Both the position numbers and the translations under genes were made by a program. Shown piece after piece: positions 1 to 8,946 of a stretch of 64,000 bases of DNA. Location of the stretch: the sequence record PQ287642.1; one strand, written 5' to 3'. The first letter of the stretch is position 1. The number at the start of each line of letters is the position of its first letter. The notes below the pieces were generated by a model. That model saw only the letters and a program-made list of their open reading frames with translations, searched no databases and had not been told where the DNA came from.

Positions 1-1469
1 ATCGAAGCGTGGATTAAACGAGAGCTATCACCGATTAGTGATTTGTTGTGTGCTTTAGAAGTCTTCGCGCGATCCTGCGGTACAAGGATCGAGGTTACTT
101 TAATAACCTTGCTATCACCAGGAGACGACAGTGTGTCGAGCTCACCGTGTTCACTGGTAAGTTTCTTAATGCACGTATTGAGTTTGAATGAACGTTTCAG
201 GGCATCGTTGATTTCCTGTCCAGTCCACTCTTTATCTTTACGACCTTGGAACGTATACGCAAACATGGAGACAGCATAGTTAAACTCTGCCATCACATAC
301 CTAAGAATACTCAGGCGTTTGTCGTACATACTAGTTTCATCAATGTCAGTGGCATACAGATGGTGTGCCATATCTGTCATGATCGCATATAGCAGTTCCC
401 AGATGGTATTGACTTTCACTCCAACTGAACGAAGTTCTTCAATAGTCATCTCATCCAGAGAGTTGTTGAAGCTATCCAGGTGAGATTCAATGTTCTCAGC
501 AATTTTACCTTGGTGCTCGAAGTCACCAAAGATCATCAGACCGAGAATGATTCGCCATAGCTGTTTATTATCCATGTAGCTCGGCTCGTAAAACCGGCTT
601 GGGAATGCATCTACGACGTACCAGAACCCTGCAACGAGTCGACGGACAAAGTCTGTCTCCTTGTCTTTGGGTAGAACCAGAACCATATCTCCAGTTGGAT
701 GACGACGTTTCAGAACCGCAGATTCATAAACGTTCCATTGATCACGCGGATACTGGGACTCAGGAAAGTCTTTCAGATATCCAATTTGAATATCTACTCC
801 AGCCCAACGCTTGAACGTTTCAACGACACCAAACTCACAGAAGAAGTAATGTGCAAGACACGACTCGATGTGCTGCCGGTTATCCAGATCACGTTTAGTG
901 CGCTTAGACATTTCGTTGTGAATCTGAGACCAGATCACATACATCACTTCACGCTGACCATTACACATGTAGTGGTGGTCAACTTGCTTAAACGTCAGTT
1001 TGGCACGCCGGAATGGAATGAAGATACTGCCATTCAATACCGAGAAGCCAACATCAGTCAACACCGGAGAGATCGAATAGGTTGCACCATTGAGCGTACA
1101 GATACCACCATCACGAACATATGGCAATAGTACCCTTCGTGGGAACATCATTTCGCCTTTATAGCTAGTGATCAGCTCGATCATGTACGTATTACTCTCG
1201 GCGATATTTGCTACACGCTTAGAGCCATACTCACGGGTTATCTCTTCGAAATGAACTTCGGGTTTACACAGACGGTTTCCATGATACTTGAAGTCAGCAG
1301 GGAATAGCGCCGAGTTGATTTCAAACAACTTATCAACATATGCACGAGTTGCGTTCATGCCTGTTTCTGGGTTGATCTCCATCATGTGCTTTACTGCAAG
1401 CCCATTGGCTAAATCTTTATTTAGCTTGGGTATGACACCATCAATCCTACTGATTACGTACGGGTCCAT
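1..1469 (-). CDS. rpoB: Non-virion RNA polymerase beta subunit, N-terminal part (phiKZ gp123-like); runs off the left edge
   Basis: Missing from the ORF track; translated by hand from ATG at 1469 (GGAGG SD upstream): MDPYVISRIDGVIPKLNKDLANGLAVKHM...LLPYVRDGGICTLNGATYSISPVLTD...LVPQDRAKTSKAHNKSLIGDSSRLIHAS, open to the edge. Position two genes from the capsid gene matches phiKZ synteny. Confidence 0.85.
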   Translation of the reverse strand, partial: MDPYVISRIDGVIPKLNKDLANGLAVKHMMEINPETGMNATRAYVDKLFEINSALFPADFKYHGNRLCKPEVHFEEITREYGSKRVANIAESNTYMIELITSYKGEMMFPRRVLLPYVRDGGICTLNGATYSISPVLTDVGFSVLNGSIFIPFRRAKLTFKQVDHHYMCNGQREVMYVIWSQIHNEMSKRTKRDLDNRQHIESCLAHYFFCEFGVVETFKRWAGVDIQIGYLKDFPESQYPRDQWNVYESAVLKRRHPTGDMVLVLPKDKETDFVRRLVAGFWYVVDAFPSRFYEPSYMDNKQLWRIILGLMIFGDFEHQGKIAENIESHLDSFNNSLDEMTIEELRSVGVKVNTIWELLYAIMTDMAHHLYATDIDETSMYDKRLSILRYVMAEFNYAVSMFAYTFQGRKDKEWTGQEINDALKRSFKLNTCIKKLTSEHGELDTLSSPGDSKVIKVTSILVPQDRAKTSKAHNKSLIGDSSRLIHAS

Positions 1470-1477
1470 CACCCCTC

Positions 1478-2515
1478 CTATCGCTTTCGGAATATCTTTT
1501 CGAGCAATGCATCTGCCTTGGCTACTTCAGCTAAGAAGTCCACGACAGTTCCAACTGATATATCCCTAAACAGGATGATATCTCTCACAGCCAAAGGTTC
1601 GAGTTCTTCGTCGTATAGATGTCGATGGAACATATCAAAACAATCCATACGTCTCTGAGCATCTTCCTTTGACATTCCTTTTGTACTTTCCTTTACAGCT
1701 TCTCTCCATTCACGTAAACTGGAATAGATGCCATACTTCTTAAAGTCTCCAGGTTTGATAACAATCGCTTTCGCATTATCCCGTCGTGCTGCAAATGTCA
1801 CATTACCCCTTAGGTTAATATGAATACCAACAGGCATATCTGGCATGAAGACAGGCTTTACCTCAAGTAGATCGCTGCCGAATGGCATAAATACACTTTC
1901 GGTTATACGCTCATCGTCTACGAAATAAGCAACAGTTGTAGTAGTAGTCCAGATGATATCTTCCTGACGGTAGAGTTCATCGTTCTTCGAGAAGAAACAA
2001 TCGCGCGGGAAGAATGTAGTCTTCTTCGCTCGATCTGTAGAAACTACTTGAACGTTGAGCGCTTCGATCCAAAGCCCATAAGGATCGGTATCGATGTGGT
2101 CAAGGTCAACAATGAAATAGAAATCCAGTTCACATGGCGTGTTGGTTCCTTTGTTCTTAACAGAACCTACCAGTTGTTCCAGATATTCTTGAGTGAGATT
2201 AGGCCAATGTTTAATCATCGCTCCGATATTAAGTTCTACATCGCCACCCCATGTAAAGTTGATACAAATAACAAGTCTATTTTCAATACGGTTAGTACCC
2301 GGTAGATCCAGGACAATACCTGTTCCATCGATAATACTTATTTCATGCGTCGATTGGTTTAAGTAACGTACACGTTTATCGACGAGACCTTGGCCGAAGA
2401 AAATGTTTTGGAAAACAGATGTCTGCCATCTGTCCATGTACGATGTGTCAAGAGGACACTCCAGTACGGGATCGTCCTCAATATGACCCGCACGGGAACG
2501 GTTGATCTTTACCAT
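1478..2515 (-). CDS. Conserved phiKZ-like hypothetical protein (345 aa)
   Basis: Long ORF; stop TAG overlaps the SD of the RNAP gene; located between capsid and RNAP genes. Confidence 0.8.
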   Translation of the reverse strand: MVKINRSRAGHIEDDPVLECPLDTSYMDRWQTSVFQNIFFGQGLVDKRVRYLNQSTHEISIIDGTGIVLDLPGTNRIENRLVICINFTWGGDVELNIGAMIKHWPNLTQEYLEQLVGSVKNKGTNTPCELDFYFIVDLDHIDTDPYGLWIEALNVQVVSTDRAKKTTFFPRDCFFSKNDELYRQEDIIWTTTTTVAYFVDDERITESVFMPFGSDLLEVKPVFMPDMPVGIHINLRGNVTFAARRDNAKAIVIKPGDFKKYGIYSSLREWREAVKESTKGMSKEDAQRRMDCFDMFHRHLYDEELEPLAVRDIILFRDISVGTVVDFLAEVAKADALLEKIFRKR

Positions 2516-2957
2516 TTAAAACAATCCTATCCAATACCATTTCTACTTTACGTCCTTTGGGCCTACTCCGTTCTTGACTAGGTTCATATCGACTCGTTTG
2601 GGATGCTTTCGAATCTCTATGATTTCTGTCTCCACGTTTCCCATGCGCAACACGCGTTTTACCTTTACCCTTCCGCGTGTTGCGCGAACGTTGTTTTTCT
2701 TCAGGGGTACCTCCCGATTCATAACAACGGCCATTGGATATATTAACATGTCTTATTTGCTTCTCGAAGCGATTAGCAAAATGGGACATATTCTCATCCT
2801 GGGTAGGATGAATAGTAGTGGTGGTTTGAGAATTGGTTTGGTTAGACGTATTATTACTAACCGTAGTATTTTCTTTCATGACGACAATGTCGCCAGGATT
2901 CATTTGGGAATCAGTGAGCTCTTGCTCAACATGATGCCCGTGTGTATTCCAGAACAT
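2478..2957 (-). CDS. Low-complexity, Arg/Lys-rich hypothetical protein (possible nucleic-acid binder)
   Basis: AGAGGA SD, ~40 nt downstream of a TATATTAC early-promoter motif; basic C-terminal half. Confidence 0.55.
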   Translation of the reverse strand: MFWNTHGHHVEQELTDSQMNPGDIVVMKENTTVSNNTSNQTNSQTTTTIHPTQDENMSHFANRFEKQIRHVNISNGRCYESGGTPEEKQRSRNTRKGKGKTRVAHGKRGDRNHRDSKASQTSRYEPSQERSRPKGRKVEMVLDRIVLNGKDQPFPCGSY

Positions 2958-2995
2958 TGTCTGATCCTCTAATTAGGGAATGATTCTTCAATACC

Positions 2996-3003
2996 GTAAT
3001 ATA
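2996..3003 (-). promoter_or_regulatory. phiKZ-type early promoter core TATATTAC
   Basis: Exact TATATTAC on the minus strand with an AT-rich upstream tract, just after a terminator. Confidence 0.65.
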
Positions 3004-3024
3004 GATTTGAAATATTTTTTAATG

Positions 3025-3064
3025 ACGACATAAAGCCTCTACCCGAAGGTAGAGGCTGTTATGC
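3025..3064 (-). terminator. Terminator hairpin of capsid operon (AGCCTCTACC-CGAA-GGTAGAGGCT) with TTTATGTCGT tail
   Basis: 10-bp perfect stem, UUCG loop on the minus strand. Confidence 0.85.
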
Positions 3065-3089
3065 CAGCAGTCAGCTTAACACTTCCGCT

Positions 3090-3173
3090 TTACCGCTCTA
3101 GGCGGCGGGCCACTCCGTCTTCAAGATAACGGGTAGTACCATTTTCAAGCTTACGGAAGGTACCCTTTCCAGT
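3090..3173 (-). other. Candidate stop-codon read-through extension of the major capsid protein (TGKGTFRKLENGTTRYLEDGVARRLER*)
   Basis: 27 sense codons in frame after TGA(3174-3176), ending at TAA(3090-3092) before the terminator; triple R-x-L-E motif. Confidence 0.55.
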
Positions 3174-5399
3174 TCAACCTTTTACGGCTTCAACCAGGGG
3201 CTTGTTCCACTGAGACTCACCCATCACTTCTTCGAAGCCAGTAACGTCGAATTCGAGAGCGAACGGGATGTTGTTAACGTGCAGGTTGAACGGAATCGCA
3301 GCGATTTCGCGAGTAACTTGCTGGCCACCACGGGTGATCGGCAGGTCGGCGATTACGGTCGATACGTAGTAGAATTGACCGAAGCTGAGGATGTCGTTCT
3401 CTTGCGGAGTCTTACGGGTCGGAATCACTACCAGCTTACCGTCGAACAGTTCGTTGTTGGTCGATACCAGGTCGTATTCCAGGTAAGCGCCCAGGGTACG
3501 ATCGTCGCCCTTGGTCATCAGGTAGTTAGCGATCTCTTTGTCCGAGCAGAACAGGAACATCGGACGCTCGTCTTGGTTACCGGAGATCACGCGGAAAGCT
3601 GCTTCGATGTTGGATTCACGGTAAGCCGGGAACAGTACACCTTTAACAGCGTTCAGGATTGCCGAGCAGACGTCTTCCCAACGGTCTTGCGACTTCAGGG
3701 TGTCGATCATGTCAGGCAGGTGCAGCTTCTTGTAGCGGTAGGTCGGACGCATTACTGCGGACAGAGCACCTTCAACAGCACCGAACTGCGGACGGTCGAA
3801 ACCGTTAGCGGTTACTTCTTTCAGCTGAGCCAGGTAGTTCAGCAGGCGCTTAACAGCGTTGTTGCTGTTACGGATGTTGGTGTTGACAGTCAGAGCCTTA
3901 ACAACTTCGCCCGGACCTTCTTCGTCCATGGTGCTCAGCGGCAGGGTAACCGGAGCATGCATCGGAATCGGGTGACGGAATTGCAGGGCACGAGTTTGCA
4001 GCAGGTGACCACGCTGACGGCGGTTAGTGTTGGTGAAGCGGGTGTCGAGGTCGAAACCAACGATTTCCATTTCGCCAATGCTGTCGGCCAGAGCTTTACC
4101 ATCGCCAGTTTCCAGGTCGATGCGACGCTTGTCTTCGTCCAGGATGCGATCGATAGTTACTTCACCGATGGTGAAACGGCTATCGCCACGGCTCAGGCTG
4201 ATGTGACCACTGAATTGCATGCTCAGACGCAGAACCCACTTACGTTGTTCCAGTTCTTTCATGCCAGCAGTTTGTGCAGCGTCAGTAGTGCGGGTTACGG
4301 CCGAAACAGTCAGGTCATCCGACCAGAAGTCGATCTTGGCACCGCGGGTATCGCCAACCAGGTCCGGCTGGAACACTGCGCGCGGCAGACGTTCAGTTTG
4401 GAACTTGATGACTTTACCTTGGAACTTAACGTACAGAGCCTTCAGGCGGCCCGACGGATCGATGGTATCCGAAATGTCCAGCATGCCTTTGTTGATCAGC
4501 AGGTTGGCGTTCGAGTTACCCATCAGGTCCAGTTTAACGCCCGGCTTCAGCGGAGCAGTTTCGATGGACATGTTTTGTTCGTTGATAACGGTTACCGGAG
4601 GCAGCAGAGCCGGATCAGCGAAGTACTTCAGGTTAGTGCCAGCAGGATCGATAGCCGGGATCAGTGCAGTGCACTCGTCGTCCAGGATGGACGGATCACG
4701 ATAGGCTTCAACCATGTTGACTTCTTGGTTGTCGAGCTTCTGACCGGAAACAGCGTGGTAAACGTCTTTCATTACCGCGATGTACGGAAGAACCTGAACA
4801 ACACCACCTTCAATCGGGTTGATAACGGTGGTCGGATAGATACGCTCAGCGAACTCATCCTGACGGGAAGCAGCCAGGTTATAACCAACGGTCACAACGC
4901 GGAAGTCACGCTGGGATTTCTCGTTGTAGTTTTCCAGACCGACGCCAGCAGCAGCTTCGAAAGTTTGGATCGAACCAGCCGGGCCGTCGAAACGGTGTTC
5001 AACCGAAATGACGTTCTTGTCAGTGGAAGCAATTTTCTTACCAACTTGTTTCAGAGCCTTAACGTACTCAGTGGAGTTGGACATTGCCAGGGCAGCCATG
5101 GTGGCAGCGGACAGTTGGTTTTCGCCTACACGGCTGTTAGCGCCTTCGAAGGATTCGAAGCCACACTGACGGGCAACTTTTTGCAGGCTAGCGTACATAC
5201 CAGCAGCACTTTGAGCATCTTCGTCGCTCAGTTGGCCGAAGTTTTCCAGACCGATCTTACTAATCAGTTTGCTACCAGCGGACAGGATGCTGTCGCCGTA
5301 GTCTTTTTCCAGGTCCAGTTTACCAAGGAAGGATTCCATGGAGAAACGAGTCAGGTCGCGGTCGCCGTTCACTTTGAACAGAGATTTAAGGTCTTTCAT
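3174..5399 (-). CDS. Major capsid protein (phiKZ gp120-like)
   Basis: 741 aa, strongest codon bias in the window, N-terminal S/G-x-E protease sites (SME, GLE, GFE, VGLEN), motifs RQDEFAERIYPT and PFNLHVNNIPF typical of this capsid family; divergent from DnaB as in phiKZ. Confidence 0.93.
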   Translation of the reverse strand: MKDLKSLFKVNGDRDLTRFSMESFLGKLDLEKDYGDSILSAGSKLISKIGLENFGQLSDEDAQSAAGMYASLQKVARQCGFESFEGANSRVGENQLSAATMAALAMSNSTEYVKALKQVGKKIASTDKNVISVEHRFDGPAGSIQTFEAAAGVGLENYNEKSQRDFRVVTVGYNLAASRQDEFAERIYPTTVINPIEGGVVQVLPYIAVMKDVYHAVSGQKLDNQEVNMVEAYRDPSILDDECTALIPAIDPAGTNLKYFADPALLPPVTVINEQNMSIETAPLKPGVKLDLMGNSNANLLINKGMLDISDTIDPSGRLKALYVKFQGKVIKFQTERLPRAVFQPDLVGDTRGAKIDFWSDDLTVSAVTRTTDAAQTAGMKELEQRKWVLRLSMQFSGHISLSRGDSRFTIGEVTIDRILDEDKRRIDLETGDGKALADSIGEMEIVGFDLDTRFTNTNRRQRGHLLQTRALQFRHPIPMHAPVTLPLSTMDEEGPGEVVKALTVNTNIRNSNNAVKRLLNYLAQLKEVTANGFDRPQFGAVEGALSAVMRPTYRYKKLHLPDMIDTLKSQDRWEDVCSAILNAVKGVLFPAYRESNIEAAFRVISGNQDERPMFLFCSDKEIANYLMTKGDDRTLGAYLEYDLVSTNNELFDGKLVVIPTRKTPQENDILSFGQFYYVSTVIADLPITRGGQQVTREIAAIPFNLHVNNIPFALEFDVTGFEEVMGESQWNKPLVEAVKG

Positions 5400-5470
5400 G
5401 TTTTATTCCTACGCAGGATGGGTTTTGGATGTTACAAATATCTTGTCATCAAAGCTGGTATTTTCCGGAT

Positions 5471-6007
5471 TCAGCCTTGTGACTCCAGATAATAAGTGAA
5501 GAGATTTGTTGCCATTACTTGCTCAAATGGGCAAGCTCTAGTCAGCTCGCTAATCATACTATCAAAGAAAGTGTGGTTAGCCTTAATTGTGAGCCGGTCA
5601 GGATCGCTTGAACCAGTGTGCAGACTCTTCTGCACCGCAACCCAAAGATACTCATCTACAGGATAAAGGCTATAAACACTGATATAATCAGAATCATTTG
5701 CCTTACGCAGAGCCATATTGGCAATACGTTCCTCTACACGATTGTGCAATTCTTGCATCTTGAATTGATTATCGTCGTCGGAGGTTGCCTTTAGGGCGAT
5801 CCCAACAACCGGACTGTCAGCCTTCTCGATCTGAGTTCCCTGACAGAACCGGAATGGGAATTCATTAATTGCAGCGTCGATCTCCGCAAGGTCATTTACC
5901 GAGCTTACGGAAGCTATATAGTTGGGGCAGAGTAGCTTAGTAAACTGCACACCATCAGCTTTGTACTGATCATAGACTGCTTCGGGGATTACAAGTAACT
6001 TGATCAT
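5471..6007 (-). CDS. Conserved protein upstream of capsid gene (phiKZ gp119-like position)
   Basis: 178-aa ORF co-oriented with the capsid gene. Confidence 0.75.
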   Translation of the reverse strand: MIKLLVIPEAVYDQYKADGVQFTKLLCPNYIASVSSVNDLAEIDAAINEFPFRFCQGTQIEKADSPVVGIALKATSDDDNQFKMQELHNRVEERIANMALRKANDSDYISVYSLYPVDEYLWVAVQKSLHTGSSDPDRLTIKANHTFFDSMISELTRACPFEQVMATNLFTYYLESQG

Positions 6008-6093
6008 CGGGGTATTGACCTATTGTGGGACCAAGGCTATTAAGTGTCTACATAGGAATATATACTTAAATTGGTGACAAATTACTTAAGATA

Positions 6094-6118
6094 AAAATGA
6101 TACACGGTACATCATTTT
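6094..6118. promoter_or_regulatory. Inverted repeat AAAATGAT-N9-ATCATTTT in the divergent capsid/DnaB promoter region
   Basis: Perfect 8-bp arms. Confidence 0.4.
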
Positions 6119-6144
6119 AATTTTACTAAAAGGATGCGGTTCAA

Positions 6145-7683
6145 ATGTCCTCCCCAAAACAGCTTCTTGTCAGTTGCGTTACCCTGCTTTGCTTGGAGCA
6201 CCGCCCAGATTCTCCGGCCTCTCCGTCTACTGAACTAATTGATAAAATTGTTGGTTCACTTGAAATTAAAGAGACTACTGTTGATCATGATCATGGTCGA
6301 CAAACTTTTCTTGAGCTTCGTAAACTTGTTCAAGATCTCAATAAGAAAGTTAAGCACGAATTTCCAAGTATCGCTGAAGTACTACAATCTGTGCAAGTGA
6401 GCTGCCGTGAAGAGAACTATCTTTACGAAGCTGTACTAAATGGTGTTAATGAAAACTTCCCAGATGGGATGGCTATCATGCACCGGATTAACTCTTATCG
6501 TCGTTCGCTTAATGAATACATCAATGATGAAACTATTAAAGCGATTATGAAAGAGTATTCCACTAAGCTTCTGTTTAACCGTGGTGGCGGTAATGATATC
6601 GCTGGTATGATCAACGAGATGGGGGCTAAGCTCGATCCTTATGTAAAGGCTCGTGCTGAAAGTCGACATCCCGCTGAAATGGGTTGCCTTGATTTTGACA
6701 ACCCGGAAGGTGTAGAAGAATTCTTCGAAGCTGTACAAACTACTTTGTCTGCCGATGGTGCTTTCAAACTAGGTTGGAAAGGTTTCAACCGTGTATTGGG
6801 TAGCCTAGGTGCTTTCCGTCGTGGTGAGTTTATTACCACCGCAGCTCTACAACATAACTTTAAATCGTATCTGGTTATGTTACTGTTTGTACATGTCGCA
6901 TTGTTTAATAAGCCATGGATGCGTGATAAATCGAAGAAGCCTCTTCTTCTATTTGCAACCCTTGAAAACGAAATCTCTGATAACCTTCTGACTATTTACA
7001 AATACATCCGTGAAAACGAAACGGGTGAAGAAGTCATTGTCAAAGATATCGATAAACGTGAAGCTGCTGCTTATGTTTGCGCGCGCCTTGAAGAGAATGG
7101 CTTTAAAGTTAAGATGGTTCGGTTCGACCCCACTGAATTTACAATTGGTGGTTTCACTAACTATCTAGATGGTCTTCAGGGACAGGGATACGAGATTCAA
7201 TTCCTGGTAGTTGACTATCTGAACATGCTACCTAAGACAGGACTTGATGCTAAAGTAGCAGGTGACGATATTCGTCTTCTATTCCGTCGCATGCGTAACT
7301 ACACTACTCCTCGTGGTATCACTTTCATCAGCCCTCATCAGCTTGGTTCTGATGCACTGCAACTGATGCGTGAAAATACCGAGGACTTCGTTAAGGTAGT
7401 AGCGAACAAAGGTTATTACGATGGTTGTCGTCGTCTGGGTCAGGAACCTGACCTTGAGCTGTTCCACCACATCATCCGCCATAAAGGAAAAGCGTATCTC
7501 GCTATTCAACGTGGTAAACACCGTAACACTGTAACGGCAGAAGAAGACCAATATGTTCTTCTACCATTTAGTAATATCGGTACGATTCCATGGGACATTG
7601 ATAAAGAGGAAGATTATTCTCTGAAAGTTGTTCCTGGGTCTGTAATTGGCGGTGATCTCGATTCTGACGCATGGTCTATCTAA
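6145..7683 (+). CDS. dnaB: DnaB-like replicative helicase (phiKZ gp118-like)
   Basis: Degenerate Walker A region FRRGEFITTAALQHNFKS, Walker B FLVVDYLNML, FISPHQL, QRGKHR; no intein visible. Confidence 0.9.
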   Translation: MSSPKQLLVSCVTLLCLEHRPDSPASPSTELIDKIVGSLEIKETTVDHDHGRQTFLELRKLVQDLNKKVKHEFPSIAEVLQSVQVSCREENYLYEAVLNGVNENFPDGMAIMHRINSYRRSLNEYINDETIKAIMKEYSTKLLFNRGGGNDIAGMINEMGAKLDPYVKARAESRHPAEMGCLDFDNPEGVEEFFEAVQTTLSADGAFKLGWKGFNRVLGSLGAFRRGEFITTAALQHNFKSYLVMLLFVHVALFNKPWMRDKSKKPLLLFATLENEISDNLLTIYKYIRENETGEEVIVKDIDKREAAAYVCARLEENGFKVKMVRFDPTEFTIGGFTNYLDGLQGQGYEIQFLVVDYLNMLPKTGLDAKVAGDDIRLLFRRMRNYTTPRGITFISPHQLGSDALQLMRENTEDFVKVVANKGYYDGCRRLGQEPDLELFHHIIRHKGKAYLAIQRGKHRNTVTAEEDQYVLLPFSNIGTIPWDIDKEEDYSLKVVPGSVIGGDLDSDAWSI

Positions 7684-7718
7684 CGACATAAATGCCTTCC
7701 CTTCGGGGAAGGCTTTAT
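7683..7718 (+). terminator. Hairpin GCCTTCCC-TTCG-GGGAAGGC after dnaB
   Basis: 8-bp stem, UUCG loop, flanked by ACGACATAAA. Confidence 0.8.
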
Positions 7719-7743
7719 TCACAAATTCACAAGAGTAAATATC

Positions 7744-8145
7744 ATGAGTTGTATTGACGCACTTATCGATAACCTAAAGGGTTACCTTCGTTTCAATCTA
7801 CAACAACGTCACGGTACTTCTGTTCTGGTACATGTGGCATCCCAAAATCTTTATAAGGTCCGCTTTGAGATAGCAAAACTGTTTATCAATGCATTAGAAG
7901 GAATGGATGTAGACTTCCTCACCATGTCGGCCAACGAGATCATGGAGAAAGGAGAGAGGTATAGAGCATCTCTGTTCTTTAGTCATCATCTACATATCGA
8001 CATTCTCCAGAAAGCTGCACCTTGCCCAGATGGTGATTTTATATCAGTAGATGTATCTAACTACTCTAAATACTTCTTTGATACAGATCCATGCCAGGAA
8101 GGCCAGGCGATGTTGACTAACTATCTCGAAGAACATAAGACCTAA
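7744..8145 (+). CDS. Hypothetical protein (133 aa)
   Basis: ORF with AAGAG SD-like signal, followed by a terminator. Confidence 0.75.
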   Translation: MSCIDALIDNLKGYLRFNLQQRHGTSVLVHVASQNLYKVRFEIAKLFINALEGMDVDFLTMSANEIMEKGERYRASLFFSHHLHIDILQKAAPCPDGDFISVDVSNYSKYFFDTDPCQEGQAMLTNYLEEHKT

Positions 8146-8151
8146 CATACT

Positions 8152-8177
8152 GCTCCCTTCGGGGAGCTTTATGCCGT
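8152..8177 (+). terminator. Hairpin GCTCCC-TTCG-GGGAGC + TTTATGCCGT
   Basis: Perfect stem, family tail motif. Confidence 0.8.
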
Positions 8178-8535
8178 AAAAGGCTCTACAACGCGTTTAT
8201 AGAGATATTAGAGATAAAGCCTAACATGGTGACACTTAATATTAGAAATGTCGTGTAGAGGCTCCTGAGAGGCAAGGCGACTGTGTTGTTTTTTTTTTAA
8301 AGCTTAATTCATTTGGTATGGCGATGTTTGGGCATCGCCTCCGTTAGATCCCCTTCGGGTAAAAGCAGGAATAAGGATTAAAGAAGTTTATAATTAGAAT
8401 AAGGAAATACCTTCGGTATTGTTTATTACTAAATAAAACCCCCCCTCCTCCGGAGGTACCTTTTCCTCGTTCTACAGATTCATTAAACACCCAAGTAAAA
8501 CTTCTAAATCAACAAAAAAAAATAAACTAAGTAAA
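8178..8535. other. Structured AT-rich non-coding region (candidate origin or ncRNA locus)
   Basis: No credible ORF; several inverted repeats, palindrome CCTCCGGAGG, T10/C7/A9 runs. Confidence 0.5.
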
Positions 8536-8558
8536 GCCCTCTCCACAAGGAAGAGGGC
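8536..8558 (-). terminator. Hairpin ending the minus-strand accessory transcript
   Basis: GCCCTCTCC-ACAA-GGAAGAGGGC, 8 nt after the stop at 8567. Confidence 0.7.
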
Positions 8559-8566
8559 AATTGAGG

Positions 8567-8833
8567 TTAAGCTGCTCTAGTAAACAAAAGATTACTGGAG
8601 TTAGACTTGATATGATAGTTCGATGATCCGTTAATCCATTTAGCATCGGAAAGCTTGCTTACAAGCTGACCATTGCCAATGTAACCAAGGAACATCTTAC
8701 CATCGTATACAGCAACTTTGATTTGCTCATTTCGCCCATAGACGATCGGCTTACCATTGAATGCTGTTACCTCTAGACCAGTCAAGTACCCGTGGTGGGG
8801 ATCTGGTCTGGAACTTGTTTCAAAGACTTCCAT
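8567..8833 (-). CDS. Hypothetical protein (88 aa; start revised to MEVFETSS)
   Basis: GAGGAG SD before ATG 8833; the longer track start lies inside a terminator. Confidence 0.7.
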   Translation of the reverse strand: MEVFETSSRPDPHHGYLTGLEVTAFNGKPIVYGRNEQIKVAVYDGKMFLGYIGNGQLVSKLSDAKWINGSSNYHIKSNSSNLLFTRAA

Positions 8834-8888
8834 TAGGAGTCTCCTCTGCAAGTGGGCCCATTTGGGCAAAAAGTCAAGCTTAAACTTG

Positions 8889-8923
8889 ACGACATATAGC
8901 CCTCCTGGTTGCACAGGAGGGCT
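8889..8923 (-). terminator. Hairpin AGCCCTCCTG-N6-CAGGAGGGCT + ATATGTCGT
   Basis: 10-bp stem, family tail variant. Confidence 0.75.
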
Positions 8924-8946
8924 AATCTTTTCAGAACGTACGGTGT

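Noticed and set aside
3140-3190. Frameshift at GTA AAA GGT as the route to a capsid extension
   Set aside because: The -1 frame stops after about 10 codons and the +1 frame gives an unremarkable peptide; only the 0-frame read-through shows the repeat motif.
3279-5492. 737-aa plus-strand ORF opposite the capsid gene
   Set aside because: Mirror-frame shadow of a strongly codon-biased gene; no RBS; protein-unlike composition.
6145-7683. Intein in DnaB, polymerase or helicase
   Set aside because: Lengths are ordinary; no C-x...HN-(C/S/T) splice junctions or LAGLIDADG blocks recognised.
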